From an uncultured delta proteobacterium (lineage in GTDB: Bacteria; Myxococcota_A; UBA9160; SZUA-336): 64,000 nucleotides of DNA. Made by a program: the position numbers and the translations under genes. Below are positions 10,348 through 20,561 of the stretch, one piece after another; the stretch's first letter is position 1; each line of letters starts with the position of its first letter. The DNA lies in assembly GCA_963704165.1 (NCBI GenBank), contig CAVPHD010000002.1, forward strand, positions 72,180-136,179, given 5' to 3'. A model generated the notes under the pieces. That model was not told where the DNA came from and did no database searches. It was given only the letters and a program-made list of their open reading frames with translations.

Positions 10348-12139
10348 CAGCGGCGAAGGAAACGTCGCTCGAGCTCGGCGCGATCGAGCATCGAGAGGAT
10401 CGGCCGGCCGTGCGGGCAGTTCGGGAACCAGAGCGTCTCGTCGAGATCGGCGAGCAGCGCCCCGACCTCGCGCGCGTCGAGCCGATCGCCCTTCCGCACG
10501 GCCGCGTGACACGCCGAGCTGGCCAGGAGATCGTGAAGCGCGCGCTCCAAACCGTCGCGCGCCTCGCGCGTCGCGGGACCCGCCCATGCGCGCGCGGTCT
10601 CGGCGAGCACGTCCGGCCAGCTCGTGCCACGTCGCGCGGCGAGAAGTGCCGGCAGCGAGCGCAGATTCGCGTGCACGGTCCCGCGCAAGGTGTCCGCGCC
10701 CGGCTCGAGTTCGATGCCCGCCCGCGCGAGTAGATCGGCGTGGGCGGCGAGTGTCTCCGCGTCGACGCGCGAGAGCTCGACGCGTGAGCGGCACGAGCAG
10801 GGGCTGCCGCTCGAGCTTGTCGGCGAGAGCTTCGCGCCGCAGGCGCTCGAAGAGCACGCGCTCGTGGGCGGCATGTTGGTCGATCAGCACGATCCCCTCT
10901 TCGCCCTCGAGCACGAGATACAAGCCGAGTGCCTGTCCGACCTGGCGCAGACGCGAGAACACGAGGGCCGGCCGGGTCGGCGCGGTCGTTCCGCTCGTCG
11001 CCGTCTCTGAGGCGGATGCATCGGTGCGGAAGAAACCGTCGGCGAGCGCGAAGTCCCCCGCCCGGCTCGAACCCGCCGACGCATCGCTTGAGAATCGGTA
11101 CTCGGGTCGCGGCGACGTCCCGACGCGCACGGCCGTGCCGATCGCTCGGCGCAGCAGCGAGGTGACCGAGGTCGGGTCGCGGAATCGGACCTCCCACTTC
11201 GCCGGGTGCACGTTCACGTCCACCTCGCCGGGATCGACCTGCAGGAAGAGCACGACGACCGGGTAGCGCCCCGGTGGAAGCGCATCGCGATACGCGTCGC
11301 GACACCGCGAACTGAAGCAGTCGATCGCGAACGGGGCGTCCGTTGACGTAGACGTGCAGATCGGAAGGGCCGCTGCGAAGGACGTGCGTCGGGCTGACGA
11401 ACCCCGTCACGCGCAGCGTCGCGCTCTCGCCCTCGACGGGCAGCAGCCCTTCGGCCGCGCCCGGCGGCAGAACCGCGAGCACGCGCTCGCGCGCATCCCG
11501 GGTCGGGAGCCAGAGTAACGTGCGCCGACCATCGCGTTCGAGCTCGAAGCGCACATCGGGTCGCACCAGCGCGATCCGCTCCAGCCAACGCACGATGTGC
11601 GAGGCCTCGGTGACGGCGCTCTTCAGGAACTTCCGGCGTGCAGGCACCCGTCCGAACAGGTCGGCGACCTCGATCATCGTTCCCTCGGCGCAGGCGACCG
11701 GCCCCGAGCGCTCGATGCCCGCGCCGAAACCTTCGACCTCGGTCCCGACCGCATCCTCGTGCCGGCGCGTCCGCATGCGTACCGAGGCGACCGACGCGAT
11801 GCTCGGCAGCGCCTCGCCGCGGAAGCCGAGCGAAGTGACCCGTGCGAGATCCTCCGCCGAGGCGAGCTTGCTCGTTGCATGCCGTTCAAAAGACAGTCGG
11901 GCGTCCTCCCGGCTCATTCCCGTACCGTCGTCGCTGACCGAGATTGCGGCGATTCCCCCCTCGCGGATCACTACGCGGATCTGTGTCGCCATGGCGTCGA
12001 GCGCGTTCTCGACGAGCTCTTTCACGATCGAGGCGGGGCGCTCGACGACCTCGCCTGCGGCGATCTGATTGACGAGCTCGGATGGAAGTACGCGCACTTT
12101 GCCCACGTCAGGGAAAGTATCACGCGCGATCTTCACCAC
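10347..12139 (-). CDS. mutL: DNA mismatch repair protein MutL, split by two apparent +1 frameshifts (~11302, ~10785)
   Basis: NQIAAGEVVERP, HATSK, GFRGEAL; VDVNVHPAK, DQHAAHER; ACHAAVR, CPHGRP found across three frames. Confidence 0.93.
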
Positions 12140-12220
12140 GCCGAGAGGCTCCTGCAGGTGAAAAACTCCTTGACAGCAGGCCCGCCTTGGAGAACTTCTT
12201 GCTTGTTGAGGGGGGTTGAG

Positions 12221-13264
12221 ATGTCAGGGGTGGTGCCGTCTACGGAATCGGGCTCACCGACTGGAGGGACGGGTTCGCCGCGCGCCGGAACGCCGGTCGC
12301 CGCGCGACGACGCGGTGATCGCCTGGTCGGGACGAGCCGACCGATCCAGCGGGCGCTCGAGCAGATCTCCGTCGCGGGACGCGGTCGGTTCCCTGTCTTC
12401 GTTTCGGCCGAGGAAGGCGCCGAGAAAGAGCTGATCGCCCGCCTGATCCATGAATCCAGTGACTGGACGACGGGCGGTTTCTTCGCGCTCGACGCCTCAC
12501 TCGTCCCCGAGAGACTGCTCGCTCGCGAGCTGCTCGGTTGTGAACGCGGCGTGCTGCCCTCGCTGCCTGCGGAGTCGAACGGCGCGTTTCAACGCACGGT
12601 CGGCGGAACCGTCCTGATCGACCGCATCGAGACGATCCCCAAGGATCTTCAGCAGGGGCTCGCGCTCGCGCTCGGCGAGGGAAGGATCCGGCGCGTCGGT
12701 GCATCCTCGACCATTCCGCTGGAGTGCCGGGTGATCGGATCGAGCGTCGAGAGCCTCGACGCACTCGTCGGAAACGGATCGCTCGACCCCGATCTCGGCG
12801 AGCGACTGCGTCTGCTCGAGATCCGAGTTCCCGGTCTTCGAGAGCGGCGCGAGGACGTGCTTCCTCTCGCGGCGAGGGCCTTGTCGATCGCGAGCGAGGA
12901 GATCGAGCGGGAGCTCGGTCGGCCCGCGACGGCACGCGGCTTCACGCGAGAGGCCTCGGAGCGGCTGCGCGACTACAACTGGCCCGGGAATGAGCGAGAG
13001 CTGCTCGAACGCGTCCGCGCCGCCGTCCGCATGGCGAGAGGCGAAGAGATCGATGCCGAGGACCTCTCGCTCGGAACCCCCTCGAGCGACGAGGTGCCAT
13101 CGTTCCGGGACGCCAAGCGCGCCTTCGAGCGCGAGTACGTCGGTCGCGTGTTGCGCATGTGCGGCGGCAACATCAGCCGCGCCGCACGCATCGCGAAAAA
13201 GGACCGGAAGGACTTCTACGACGTGCTGCGCCGCAACCAGATCGATCCGGACGACTTCCGCTAG
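12221..13264 (+). CDS. Sigma54-activator-like AAA+/Fis-HTH protein with degenerate motifs
   Basis: KELIARLIH, LRERREDV, YNWPGNERELL, C-terminal GNISRAARIA HTH; GAFTGA absent. Confidence 0.8.
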   Translation: MSGVVPSTESGSPTGGTGSPRAGTPVAARRRGDRLVGTSRPIQRALEQISVAGRGRFPVFVSAEEGAEKELIARLIHESSDWTTGGFFALDASLVPERLLARELLGCERGVLPSLPAESNGAFQRTVGGTVLIDRIETIPKDLQQGLALALGEGRIRRVGASSTIPLECRVIGSSVESLDALVGNGSLDPDLGERLRLLEIRVPGLRERREDVLPLAARALSIASEEIERELGRPATARGFTREASERLRDYNWPGNERELLERVRAAVRMARGEEIDAEDLSLGTPSSDEVPSFRDAKRAFEREYVGRVLRMCGGNISRAARIAKKDRKDFYDVLRRNQIDPDDFR

Positions 13265-13306
13265 CCCCCACCTCGACGGCCCGGTCGGCGCGCTATTCTC
13301 GTGCCG

Positions 13307-14110
13307 ATGATCGCCGCGGTCGTGCAGATGACATCGGGTCCGGTGCTCGCGCCAAATCTCTCGCGCGCAGCCGAGCTGATCGAGCGCGCGGCGCGTCGTG
13401 GCGCGGAGCTCGTCGCCCTGCCCGAGAACTTCGCGCTCATGCGCGAGGGCGGCGCGTCCGCTCCGCATCCGCACGCCCAGGATCTGCCGGAAGGCGAGAT
13501 CGTGCGCTTCCTCCGCGACCGTGCGGCGGAGCACCGCATCGTGCTCGCCGGCGGCACGTTCCCCGAACGGATCGTCGGCGACGAACGAGTCTTCAACACC
13601 TCGGTCGTGATCGATCGGACCGGCGATCTGCTCGCGCGCTACCGCAAGATCCACCTGTTCGACGTGGACCTCCCCGGCGCCGTGCATCGGGAGTCGGCGA
13701 GCGTGGCGCCGGGTAGCGAGGTCGTGGTTGCGAAGCTCGCGGCCTGCACGCTCGGGCTCTCGGTCTGCTACGACGTGCGCTTTCCCGAGCTCTACCGCGC
13801 GCTCGTCGATCTCGGCGCCAACGTCCTGCTCGTACCCGCGGCGTTCACGGTGCCCACGGGCCGCGATCACTGGGAGGTCCTGCTGCGCGCGCGCGCGATC
13901 GAGAGCCAATCGTTCGTGATCGCTGCGGCGCAGTGGGGCGAGCACGGCGCGACGCGTCGGTCGTATGGACGCGCGCAGGTCGTCGATCCGTGGGGCACCG
14001 TCCTGTGCACGGTGCCCGATGGCGAAGGCGTCGCACTCGCGGAGCTCGACTTCTCGCGGCTCGAGGACGTGCGCCGTCGCCTCCCCTCTCTGCGACATCG
14101 CCGCCTCTAG
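13307..14110 (+). CDS. Carbon-nitrogen hydrolase (Nit1-like)
   Basis: LPEN, YRKIHLFD, SVCYDVRFPE catalytic E-K-C; RARAIE. Confidence 0.92.
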   Translation: MIAAVVQMTSGPVLAPNLSRAAELIERAARRGAELVALPENFALMREGGASAPHPHAQDLPEGEIVRFLRDRAAEHRIVLAGGTFPERIVGDERVFNTSVVIDRTGDLLARYRKIHLFDVDLPGAVHRESASVAPGSEVVVAKLAACTLGLSVCYDVRFPELYRALVDLGANVLLVPAAFTVPTGRDHWEVLLRARAIESQSFVIAAAQWGEHGATRRSYGRAQVVDPWGTVLCTVPDGEGVALAELDFSRLEDVRRRLPSLRHRRL

Positions 14111-14158
14111 CCCCGGGTCCTCTCAAGCGGCCTCCGGGCGCTGCCGATTCCGGCTGCG

Positions 14159-14452
14159 ATGGCGAGAGCAGCGCTCATCGTGCGCGTGGCCGGACGGCCC
14201 GACGTGGTTTTCGAGATCGTCTCGGCCGAGACGCTGATCGGACGCGCGCCGACCTGCAGCTTGCAGCTCACCGACGAGAGCATCAGCCGCGAGCACTCGG
14301 TGGTCCTGGCCGACGACGACACGTACGTCCTCGAAGACCTGCAGAGCACCAACGGCATCAAGGTCAACGGCAAGCGCGTGCGCTCCACGGAGCTCGGCCA
14401 CGGAGACGAGATCGAGATCGGCCAGACCCGCCTGATCTTCACGCTCGAGTAG
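14159..14452 (+). CDS. Stand-alone FHA domain protein
   Basis: IGR, SISREH, DLQSTNG, LGHGDEIEIG. Confidence 0.92.
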   Translation: MARAALIVRVAGRPDVVFEIVSAETLIGRAPTCSLQLTDESISREHSVVLADDDTYVLEDLQSTNGIKVNGKRVRSTELGHGDEIEIGQTRLIFTLE

Positions 14453-14538
14453 AGGGACCGGACGGAAGTCCTTTTCCCAGTTTGGCATCGGCGGCGCCCT
14501 GCCCCGCTCCCCCGCTCCGCGAAATCGCATCCTCGAGC

Positions 14539-14554
14539 GGGCATGCCGCTTGCT
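14539..14554 (+). promoter_or_regulatory. Candidate sigma54 (-24/-12) promoter
   Basis: GGCATGCCGCTTGC = GG-N10-GC with GGCA and TTGC, just upstream of a small ORF. Confidence 0.4.
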
Positions 14555-14567
14555 CTCGGTCCCCGAT

Positions 14568-14849
14568 GTGAAATTCCACTGGTTGTCGCAGCGCGCGCGG
14601 GAGATCGTCTCGGAGGCGCTCCAGAGCGAGATCGAGGCCGAGCTCGAGGTCGAGCGCATGCTCGTCGCGGGGGCCGTCGTCGTCCGCGAGGGCGAGCACT
14701 ACCGCATCGAGAGCGGCGACGATACCTGGAGCGAACTCGAGGCCCGATCGAGGCGACTCGAGGGCCTGTGCGACTGCGGCTCGCTGCTCTCGTCCGATGG
14801 CGTGCGAGCCCGGTGCCGGAGTTGCGGGCGCGAGTACCGGCAGATCTAG
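14568..14849 (+). CDS. Small hypothetical protein with C-terminal zinc-ribbon-like CxC...CxxC
   Basis: LCDCGS...RCRSCGREY; GTG start is tentative. Confidence 0.6.
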   Translation: MKFHWLSQRAREIVSEALQSEIEAELEVERMLVAGAVVVREGEHYRIESGDDTWSELEARSRRLEGLCDCGSLLSSDGVRARCRSCGREYRQI

Positions 14850-14860
14850 CGCAGCTCCAC

Positions 14861-15520
14861 CTACACGCTCGCGCTGCTCTCCAGCTGCATCCGCTCCCAG
14901 CCCTCCTTCACGAGCCGACAGGCCTCCTCGGCCGAGTCCACCAGCGAGAAGAGCTTCAGGTCCTTCTTCGCGATCATCCCCATCTCGAGGACGCGAGTCT
15001 CGAGCCAGCCGATCAGGCCCGACCAGTAATCGGAGCCGACCAGGATGACGGGAATGTCGCGGCACTTCCCGGTCTGCTTCAGCGTCAGGCACTCGAACAT
15101 CTCGTCGAGCGTGCCGAAGCCGCCGGGCAGCATCACGAACGCGCAGGCGTACTTCACGAACATGACCTTGCGCACGAAGAAGTAGTCGAAGTGGATGGCG
15201 GTGTCGGCGTAGCCGTTGTCGTGCTGCTCGAAGGGCAGTTTGATGTTCAGCCCGATCGACGGCGCCTCGACCTCGTGCGCTCCCCGATTCGCCGCTTCCA
15301 TCGCGCCCGGGCCGCCACCGGTGATCACCGCGAAGCCCTCGCGCCCGAGGCCGCGACCGATCTCGCGACCGAGGCGATACGTGTCGCTATCGACCGGCGC
15401 GCGCGCTCCGCCGAAGACCGAGACCGCCGGCCAGATCGGCCCGAGCGTCTCGAACCCCTCGACGAACTCCGCCATGATCCGGAAGATCGTCCACGTGTCT
15501 TTGCTGCGGAATTCCTTCAC
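14861..15520 (-). CDS. LOG family protein (TIGR00730)
   Basis: VSVFGGAR, ITGGGPGAMEAANRGA, YFFVRKVMF, PGGFGTLDE. Confidence 0.92.
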   Translation of the reverse strand: MKEFRSKDTWTIFRIMAEFVEGFETLGPIWPAVSVFGGARAPVDSDTYRLGREIGRGLGREGFAVITGGGPGAMEAANRGAHEVEAPSIGLNIKLPFEQHDNGYADTAIHFDYFFVRKVMFVKYACAFVMLPGGFGTLDEMFECLTLKQTGKCRDIPVILVGSDYWSGLIGWLETRVLEMGMIAKKDLKLFSLVDSAEEACRLVKEGWERMQLESSASV

Positions 15521-16400
15521 GGTCGTTCGTGCTATCGGAGCTTCGATCGGGCGAGTTGATCGGCGTCCCACAGCTCGTGCAGCGGACCCGAACGCGATGG
15601 CGCGATGCGACGTGCGTGCCGTCCTCCGACCGGAGGTCGAGACGAAGCTCGAACGTGGCGACGCGCACCCGGCCGTCGGGAACCAGCTCGGCCTCGGCTC
15701 GCGCGTCGAGCACGAGCTTGCCGTCGAGTCCATCGGTGACATGGAGAGACTCGCGCGTCACCGAGCCACTCGCGCGCAACCGATCGGGCCCGTCGGGCGA
15801 GAGCTCCCAGCGCAAAGGAAGCTCGACGCCGAGGTGGAATCGGCCGGTCTGCGGCACCGTGCGCCGCGCGACCCAGGCCCGCCCACCCTCGGGCGCGCGC
15901 GTGGGCAGCGCGACGAGCAGCCAGTCGAGCAGGGCGATGTCGAAGAGGATCGGGTGGGGGCTCTGCCAGACGGGTTCCAGCAGCTCCCCGTCGGTGTCGA
16001 GGTCGGCCGACGCCGCGGGTCGCGCACGGATCTCGAGCGGGGTGTCACCGCCGAGGGTCTTCTCGTTCGGCCCGAAACCGACGCGCCCGGTCTTCGCGGT
16101 CTGCACCCAGTAGCCCTTCTCCGAGATCGCCAGCTCGCTCGCTCCATCGGGCGCGCCTTCGGTGCGCGACGAGTAGCGTTCGATGTACAGCTCGACCGCG
16201 GTCTCGCCGGGCGTTTCGGTCTTCGCGCGCAGGATCAGATCCGCGAAGCGCACGCTCTTCACCTGCGTGCCGTCGATCTCGAAGTGCTCCTCGGCCTCGA
16301 ATCGCCAGTGCTGCTCCGGTGAGTCACCGAAACCGTAGGGCGCGGGACCGGAGCCCGAGCACGCGAGCCAAGACAATCCGAGCAGGAGCGCACGCCGCAT
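15387..16400 (-). CDS. Hypothetical lipoprotein
   Basis: MRRALLLGLSWLAC lipobox; 3' end overlaps the LOG gene. Confidence 0.6.
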   Translation of the reverse strand: MRRALLLGLSWLACSGSGPAPYGFGDSPEQHWRFEAEEHFEIDGTQVKSVRFADLILRAKTETPGETAVELYIERYSSRTEGAPDGASELAISEKGYWVQTAKTGRVGFGPNEKTLGGDTPLEIRARPAASADLDTDGELLEPVWQSPHPILFDIALLDWLLVALPTRAPEGGRAWVARRTVPQTGRFHLGVELPLRWELSPDGPDRLRASGSVTRESLHVTDGLDGKLVLDARAEAELVPDGRVRVATFELRLDLRSEDGTHVASRHRVRVRCTSCGTPINSPDRSSDSTNDREGIPQQRHVDDLPDHGGVRRGVRDARADLAGGLGLRRSARAGR

Positions 16401-16469
16401 CGGCGGCGGAGTCTCGCCCTGCCCGACCGGCGTTTCAAGCTGCCGCAGAGCTGTGTTACGGTTTCCGCG

Positions 16470-17090
16470 ATGGCGGAGCCCGGCAGTGCGCACCCGGACT
16501 ACGGTGAAACCGCGCTGATCGCTCGTCTGCGGGCGAATGACGCGTCGGCCTTCGCCGAGGTCGTGCACGCGCAGGGTCCGCGAATGCTCGCCGTCTCGCG
16601 GCGGCTCCTGCGCAGCGACGACGACGCGGCCGACGCGGTCCAGGAGGCCTTCATCTCCGCCTTTCGCGCGATCGGGAAGTTCGAGGGCGGAGCGCGGCTT
16701 TCGACCTGGCTGCACCGAATCGTCGTCAACACGTCCCTCATGCGGCTGCGAAAGCGCACGCGCCGGCCCGAGGTCTCGATCGACGAACTCCTGCCGCGGT
16801 TCGTCGAGGACGGCCACCACGTCGATGAACCGCGCGAGTGGAAGAGCCCCGAGCCGCTCGACGCTCTCGAACGCCGTGAGACGCGCACGCTGGTGCGTGA
16901 TCTGATCGACCGGCTCCCGACCGATTACCGCACGATCTTGTTGCTCCGAGACATCGAGGGTCTCGACACCAAGGAGACGGCGGAGCTCCTCGGCGTGACG
17001 TCGAACGCGGCGAAGATCCGCCTGCACCGCGCACGCCTGGCGCTGCGAAACCTGCTCGATCCACACATGCGTGCGCGAGGAATGCCGTGA
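16470..17090 (+). CDS. ECF RNA polymerase sigma factor
   Basis: DAADAVQEAF, LSTWLHRI, region 4 LLLRDIEGL..ETAELLG, KIRLHRAR. Confidence 0.93.
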   Translation: MAEPGSAHPDYGETALIARLRANDASAFAEVVHAQGPRMLAVSRRLLRSDDDAADAVQEAFISAFRAIGKFEGGARLSTWLHRIVVNTSLMRLRKRTRRPEVSIDELLPRFVEDGHHVDEPREWKSPEPLDALERRETRTLVRDLIDRLPTDYRTILLLRDIEGLDTKETAELLGVTSNAAKIRLHRARLALRNLLDPHMRARGMP

Positions 17091-17314
17091 ACTGCCGAGA
17101 ATGCACCGAGTTCCTGCACGACTACCTCGCGGGCGATCTGCCGGACAGCCAGCGCCGCGTATTCGAGGGTCACCTCGAGCTCTGCCCGCCCTGCGTCAGC
17201 TACCTCGAGAGCTACCGCAAGACGCTCGAGCTCGGCGCGCTCGTCGCCGAAGAGCCGGCCGAGCCGCTCCCCGAAGCGCTGATTCGGGCCATCCTCGCCG
17301 CGCGCGCGAGCTGA
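17087..17314 (+). CDS. Zinc-finger anti-sigma factor (zf-HC2)
   Basis: CRE...L.DY...HLELCPPC (HxxxCxxC); overlaps the sigma stop codon. Confidence 0.88.
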   Translation: MNCRECTEFLHDYLAGDLPDSQRRVFEGHLELCPPCVSYLESYRKTLELGALVAEEPAEPLPEALIRAILAARAS

Positions 17315-17323
17315 ACGCTCGCG

Positions 17324-18844
17324 CTAACGGGACGAGCGGATCAGCGCCTTCAGCACACGCGCGACGAAGGGCGTGAGACGCGTTCGGGTGTAGGCCCCCG
17401 ACGCCGCCTTGATCGCCTCGGCCTGGGTCGGGTACGGGAGAATCAGATCGACGAATCGGCCCAGGCCAAAACCCGCCGACATGGCGAGCGCGAGCGTCGC
17501 GATCAGCTCACCGGCGTGACGGGCGACGATCGTCGCACCGACGATCCGATCCTTGCCCTTCTCGACGTGGATCTTGACGAAGCCTTGATCCTCACCTTCG
17601 GCACGCGAGCGGTCGTTCGAAGCGAGCGGCGTGGTGTACGAGTCGATCTCGATCCCGTTCGCTTCGGCATCTCGCGCGTACCAGCCGACGTGAGCGATCT
17701 CGGGATCGGTGTAGGTACACCAGGGAATGCGCAACGACGACGCACGGCCGCGGCCGAAGAAGAACGCGTTTCGTACGACCAGCTTCGCCGCAGCGTCGGC
17801 GGCGTGTGTGAACTTCGTCGGCATGCAGACGTCACCCGCCGCGAAGATCCGACGGTTGGTCGTGCGCAGTCGGTCGTCCACCCGGACACCGAGCTTGGGA
17901 TCGAACGCCACGCCGGCGACTTCGAGGCCGATGTCTTCGACGTTCGGCGCGCGCCCGACCCCGAGCAGGATCTCGTCGACGGCCAGCTCGCGTGCAGCGC
18001 CGGCGATGACCACGTGCAGGAGTTTCGCGTCCGCCCGACGCTCGATCCTCACGAGCGTCGCGCCGAGCACGAGCTCCACGCCGTCGCGCACGAGTGCGCG
18101 TTCGACGATTTCGGCCGCGTCCGGGTCCTCTCGGATCAGGATCCGCGGAGCGACCTCCACGAGCGTCACGTGCGAGCCCAGGCGCGCGAAGCACTGCGCG
18201 AGCTCGCATCCGATCGGCCCGGCTCCGATCACGGCGAGCCTCCGCGGTCGCTGCTCGAGCTCGAAGACGTTCTCGTTCGTCAGGAACCCGGCCTCGACGA
18301 GTCCGGGAATCGGCAGCGCGGACGCGCGCGCACCCGTGGCGACGACGGCACGCTTGAATCGGAGTTCCGTGCCCGCGACCGCGAGCGAACGCGGGCCGGT
18401 GAAGCGCCCTTCGCCGAGAAAGACATCGACCCCGAGCTCCGCATAGCGTCTTGCAGAGTCGTGCGGCGCGATCTCCGCGCGCACCCGGCGGACGCGCGCC
18501 ATGACCTCCGCGAAATCGACCTCCGTGCCTTCGGGGACGCGTACACCGAAGCGAGTCGCGTCGCGCACGTCGGACACGGCGCGCGCCGCTCGGATCAGCG
18601 TCTTCGACGGGACGCAGCCGACGTTCAGGCAATCGCCGCCCATCAAGTGCCGCTCGACGAGCGCGACGCGCGCGCCGAGCCCCGCGGAGACGACAGCGGT
18701 GACGAGCCCCGCGGTTCCCGCGCCGAGCACGACCAACTCGTACCGCGAGGCCGGCTTCGGGTTCTTCCAGTCCGCCGGATGAACGCTCTCGATCAGCTTC
18801 TGGTTCCAGACGTCGAGAGGTCGGAGTGTTCCCGGCTCCGTCAC
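17324..18844 (-). CDS. Mercuric reductase/dihydrolipoamide dehydrogenase-like flavoprotein disulfide reductase
   Basis: GAGTAG, GGDCLNVGCVPSK, GAGPIG, TDPE, YPT; no C-terminal CC pair of true MerA. Confidence 0.88.
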   Translation of the reverse strand: MTEPGTLRPLDVWNQKLIESVHPADWKNPKPASRYELVVLGAGTAGLVTAVVSAGLGARVALVERHLMGGDCLNVGCVPSKTLIRAARAVSDVRDATRFGVRVPEGTEVDFAEVMARVRRVRAEIAPHDSARRYAELGVDVFLGEGRFTGPRSLAVAGTELRFKRAVVATGARASALPIPGLVEAGFLTNENVFELEQRPRRLAVIGAGPIGCELAQCFARLGSHVTLVEVAPRILIREDPDAAEIVERALVRDGVELVLGATLVRIERRADAKLLHVVIAGAARELAVDEILLGVGRAPNVEDIGLEVAGVAFDPKLGVRVDDRLRTTNRRIFAAGDVCMPTKFTHAADAAAKLVVRNAFFFGRGRASSLRIPWCTYTDPEIAHVGWYARDAEANGIEIDSYTTPLASNDRSRAEGEDQGFVKIHVEKGKDRIVGATIVARHAGELIATLALAMSAGFGLGRFVDLILPYPTQAEAIKAASGAYTRTRLTPFVARVLKALIRSSR

Positions 18845-19806
18845 GGCGCGAGCGCTCCGAAGCAGCTCGAGCCCGCGCCCGCGGTGCACCCAAAGCAGTG
18901 ATCCGCGATCGCGATCGGCTCGCCCTCGAGTTCGTCGAGCGACTCGACCTCGAAGATCGTTCGCCGTTTTCCACCCGCCGGAAGCTCGAGCGCCTGGTTG
19001 AAGTCGCAGTCGTAAAGCTCGCCGCGCCAGTCCACCGACACCGTCGTGCGACACATCAGCCCCGGCACCGCGGCCGGGTTGAAGTGATTCACGAGCAGTG
19101 CCTGATAAGCCTGCAGCTCGCCGCGGCGAGACAGCCACTCGGCGTAGCGGCGAATCGGCATGTTGGTGATCGTCAGCAGTCGGTCGAAGACGATGCCGTG
19201 GCGATCCGCGAGCTCGCGCTTGTAGGTCCGCTCGAGCTCGACCTGCCCGGGCGGTAGGGACGCGTCGGTGGGGTTGTAGACCAGATCGAGTGTGAGTCCG
19301 CTGTCGGGCGTCCCGTAGCCGAGCGCGTTCAGCACCCGAAGCGCGTCGATGCTGCGCTCGAAGACAAAGCGGCCGCGCTGCTGATCGACGTTGGCGGACT
19401 CGTAGCACGGAAGCGAAGCGACCACGGCGACGTGGTGGGAGGCCAGAAACCCCGCCGTGTCCTCCTGCCCGGGCTCGTCGAGGATCACGAGGTTGCAGCG
19501 ATCGATGACGCGACGGCCGAGCTTCCTCGCTGCTCGGACCAAGGAGCGGAAGCTCGGGTGGAGCTCCGGCGCACCTCCCGTGACGTCGACGGTGTCGATG
19601 TTCGGGCTGCGCTCGAGCAGCGTGAGCGCGCGGTCGAGAGTGCGCTCGGCCATCGTCTCTTTGCGCCGCGGCGACGATTCGACGTGGCAGTGATGACAGG
19701 CGAGATTGCAGCGCCGCGTCAGGCTCAGCTGCAGCGTACGCGCCTCACCGCGGGCCAACGGCGGAAGACCTCGCTCTGCAAGCGCCGCCTCGAACCTCAT
19801 CGCCAC
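18841..19806 (-). CDS. arsS: Radical SAM protein, ArsS/TIGR04167 type (DUF3641 C-terminus)
   Basis: CNLACHHC, TGGAPE, DRCNL, ASLPCY, LVYNP, YDCDFNQ, HCFGCTAGAGSSC. Confidence 0.85.
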   Translation of the reverse strand: MAMRFEAALAERGLPPLARGEARTLQLSLTRRCNLACHHCHVESSPRRKETMAERTLDRALTLLERSPNIDTVDVTGGAPELHPSFRSLVRAARKLGRRVIDRCNLVILDEPGQEDTAGFLASHHVAVVASLPCYESANVDQQRGRFVFERSIDALRVLNALGYGTPDSGLTLDLVYNPTDASLPPGQVELERTYKRELADRHGIVFDRLLTITNMPIRRYAEWLSRRGELQAYQALLVNHFNPAAVPGLMCRTTVSVDWRGELYDCDFNQALELPAGGKRRTIFEVESLDELEGEPIAIADHCFGCTAGAGSSCFGALAP

Positions 19807-19816
19807 CCCCGGCTTC

Positions 19817-20491
19817 TCATTCCGAAGCGAAGCTCAGCTCCGCGAACCACGCCACGGCTTCTCCACAGGTATCGTCCGCATCCGACATCACGGCGACGAA
19901 CTCGACCGGCGGTGGCTCGGCGCCGAAGACGCGACGGTAGTCGTGCCGCACGTCGACCCGTGCTCCGTGCCACTCGCCGGTCGATTTCGCACCGAGCGAA
20001 ATCATGCGCGACGAGGGGGCGTACGGGCTCGGCCACGTGCGGCCCGGCGACTCCGTCCCGGTCCAGACGTAGTTCAGCGCGCTGCCCGGCAACTCACCGC
20101 CGTAGATGAGTCCGGCGGCGCCGCGTTTCAATCGCTCCCAACGCGTCGCGCGCTCGGGGTCGAAGTGGAACGCGACATACACCCGCGCGGCGAAGTCGTC
20201 GCCGGACTTCTCGCGCGAATCCCGCTCGGCCAGGTCGCGATCGACGCGCCAGCGCCACGAGAGCCACGGTGTTCGCGCGAGGTCGAGCCCGGGTGCGGCG
20301 TGCAGAAGTGCGGAGGCGGAGCAATGCGCCTCTGCGCGCAGTACCGGATGGCCCTCGAATTCGGCAGGGTCGTAGCGGGTCTTCCTCTCGACGCGCGGGA
20401 ACGAGAGCGGTTGCCAACCCTCGCCTCCCGGCGGCGGAAGGACGTAGGTCTGCGCGGTGAGGCCGGTCGCGAGAAGCCAGGTCGCAAGCAT
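19817..20491 (-). CDS. DUF3047 domain protein
   Basis: TP.LSWRWRV, DDFAARVYV, LNYVW, MSDADD. Confidence 0.85.
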   Translation of the reverse strand: MLATWLLATGLTAQTYVLPPPGGEGWQPLSFPRVERKTRYDPAEFEGHPVLRAEAHCSASALLHAAPGLDLARTPWLSWRWRVDRDLAERDSREKSGDDFAARVYVAFHFDPERATRWERLKRGAAGLIYGGELPGSALNYVWTGTESPGRTWPSPYAPSSRMISLGAKSTGEWHGARVDVRHDYRRVFGAEPPPVEFVAVMSDADDTCGEAVAWFAELSFASE

Positions 20492-20561
20492 CCGAGAGGA
20501 CGTACGCAGGACCTCCGCGCTCGGTTGCAGCCACACGCCAGGGAGGCTAGCACTGCCTTCG

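Noticed and set aside
17324..18844. Mercury resistance (merA)
   Set aside because: No C-terminal Cys pair, no NmerA domain and no mer operon genes.
18850..18870. Selenocysteine in the ArsS C-terminus
   Set aside because: The codon is TGC (Cys).
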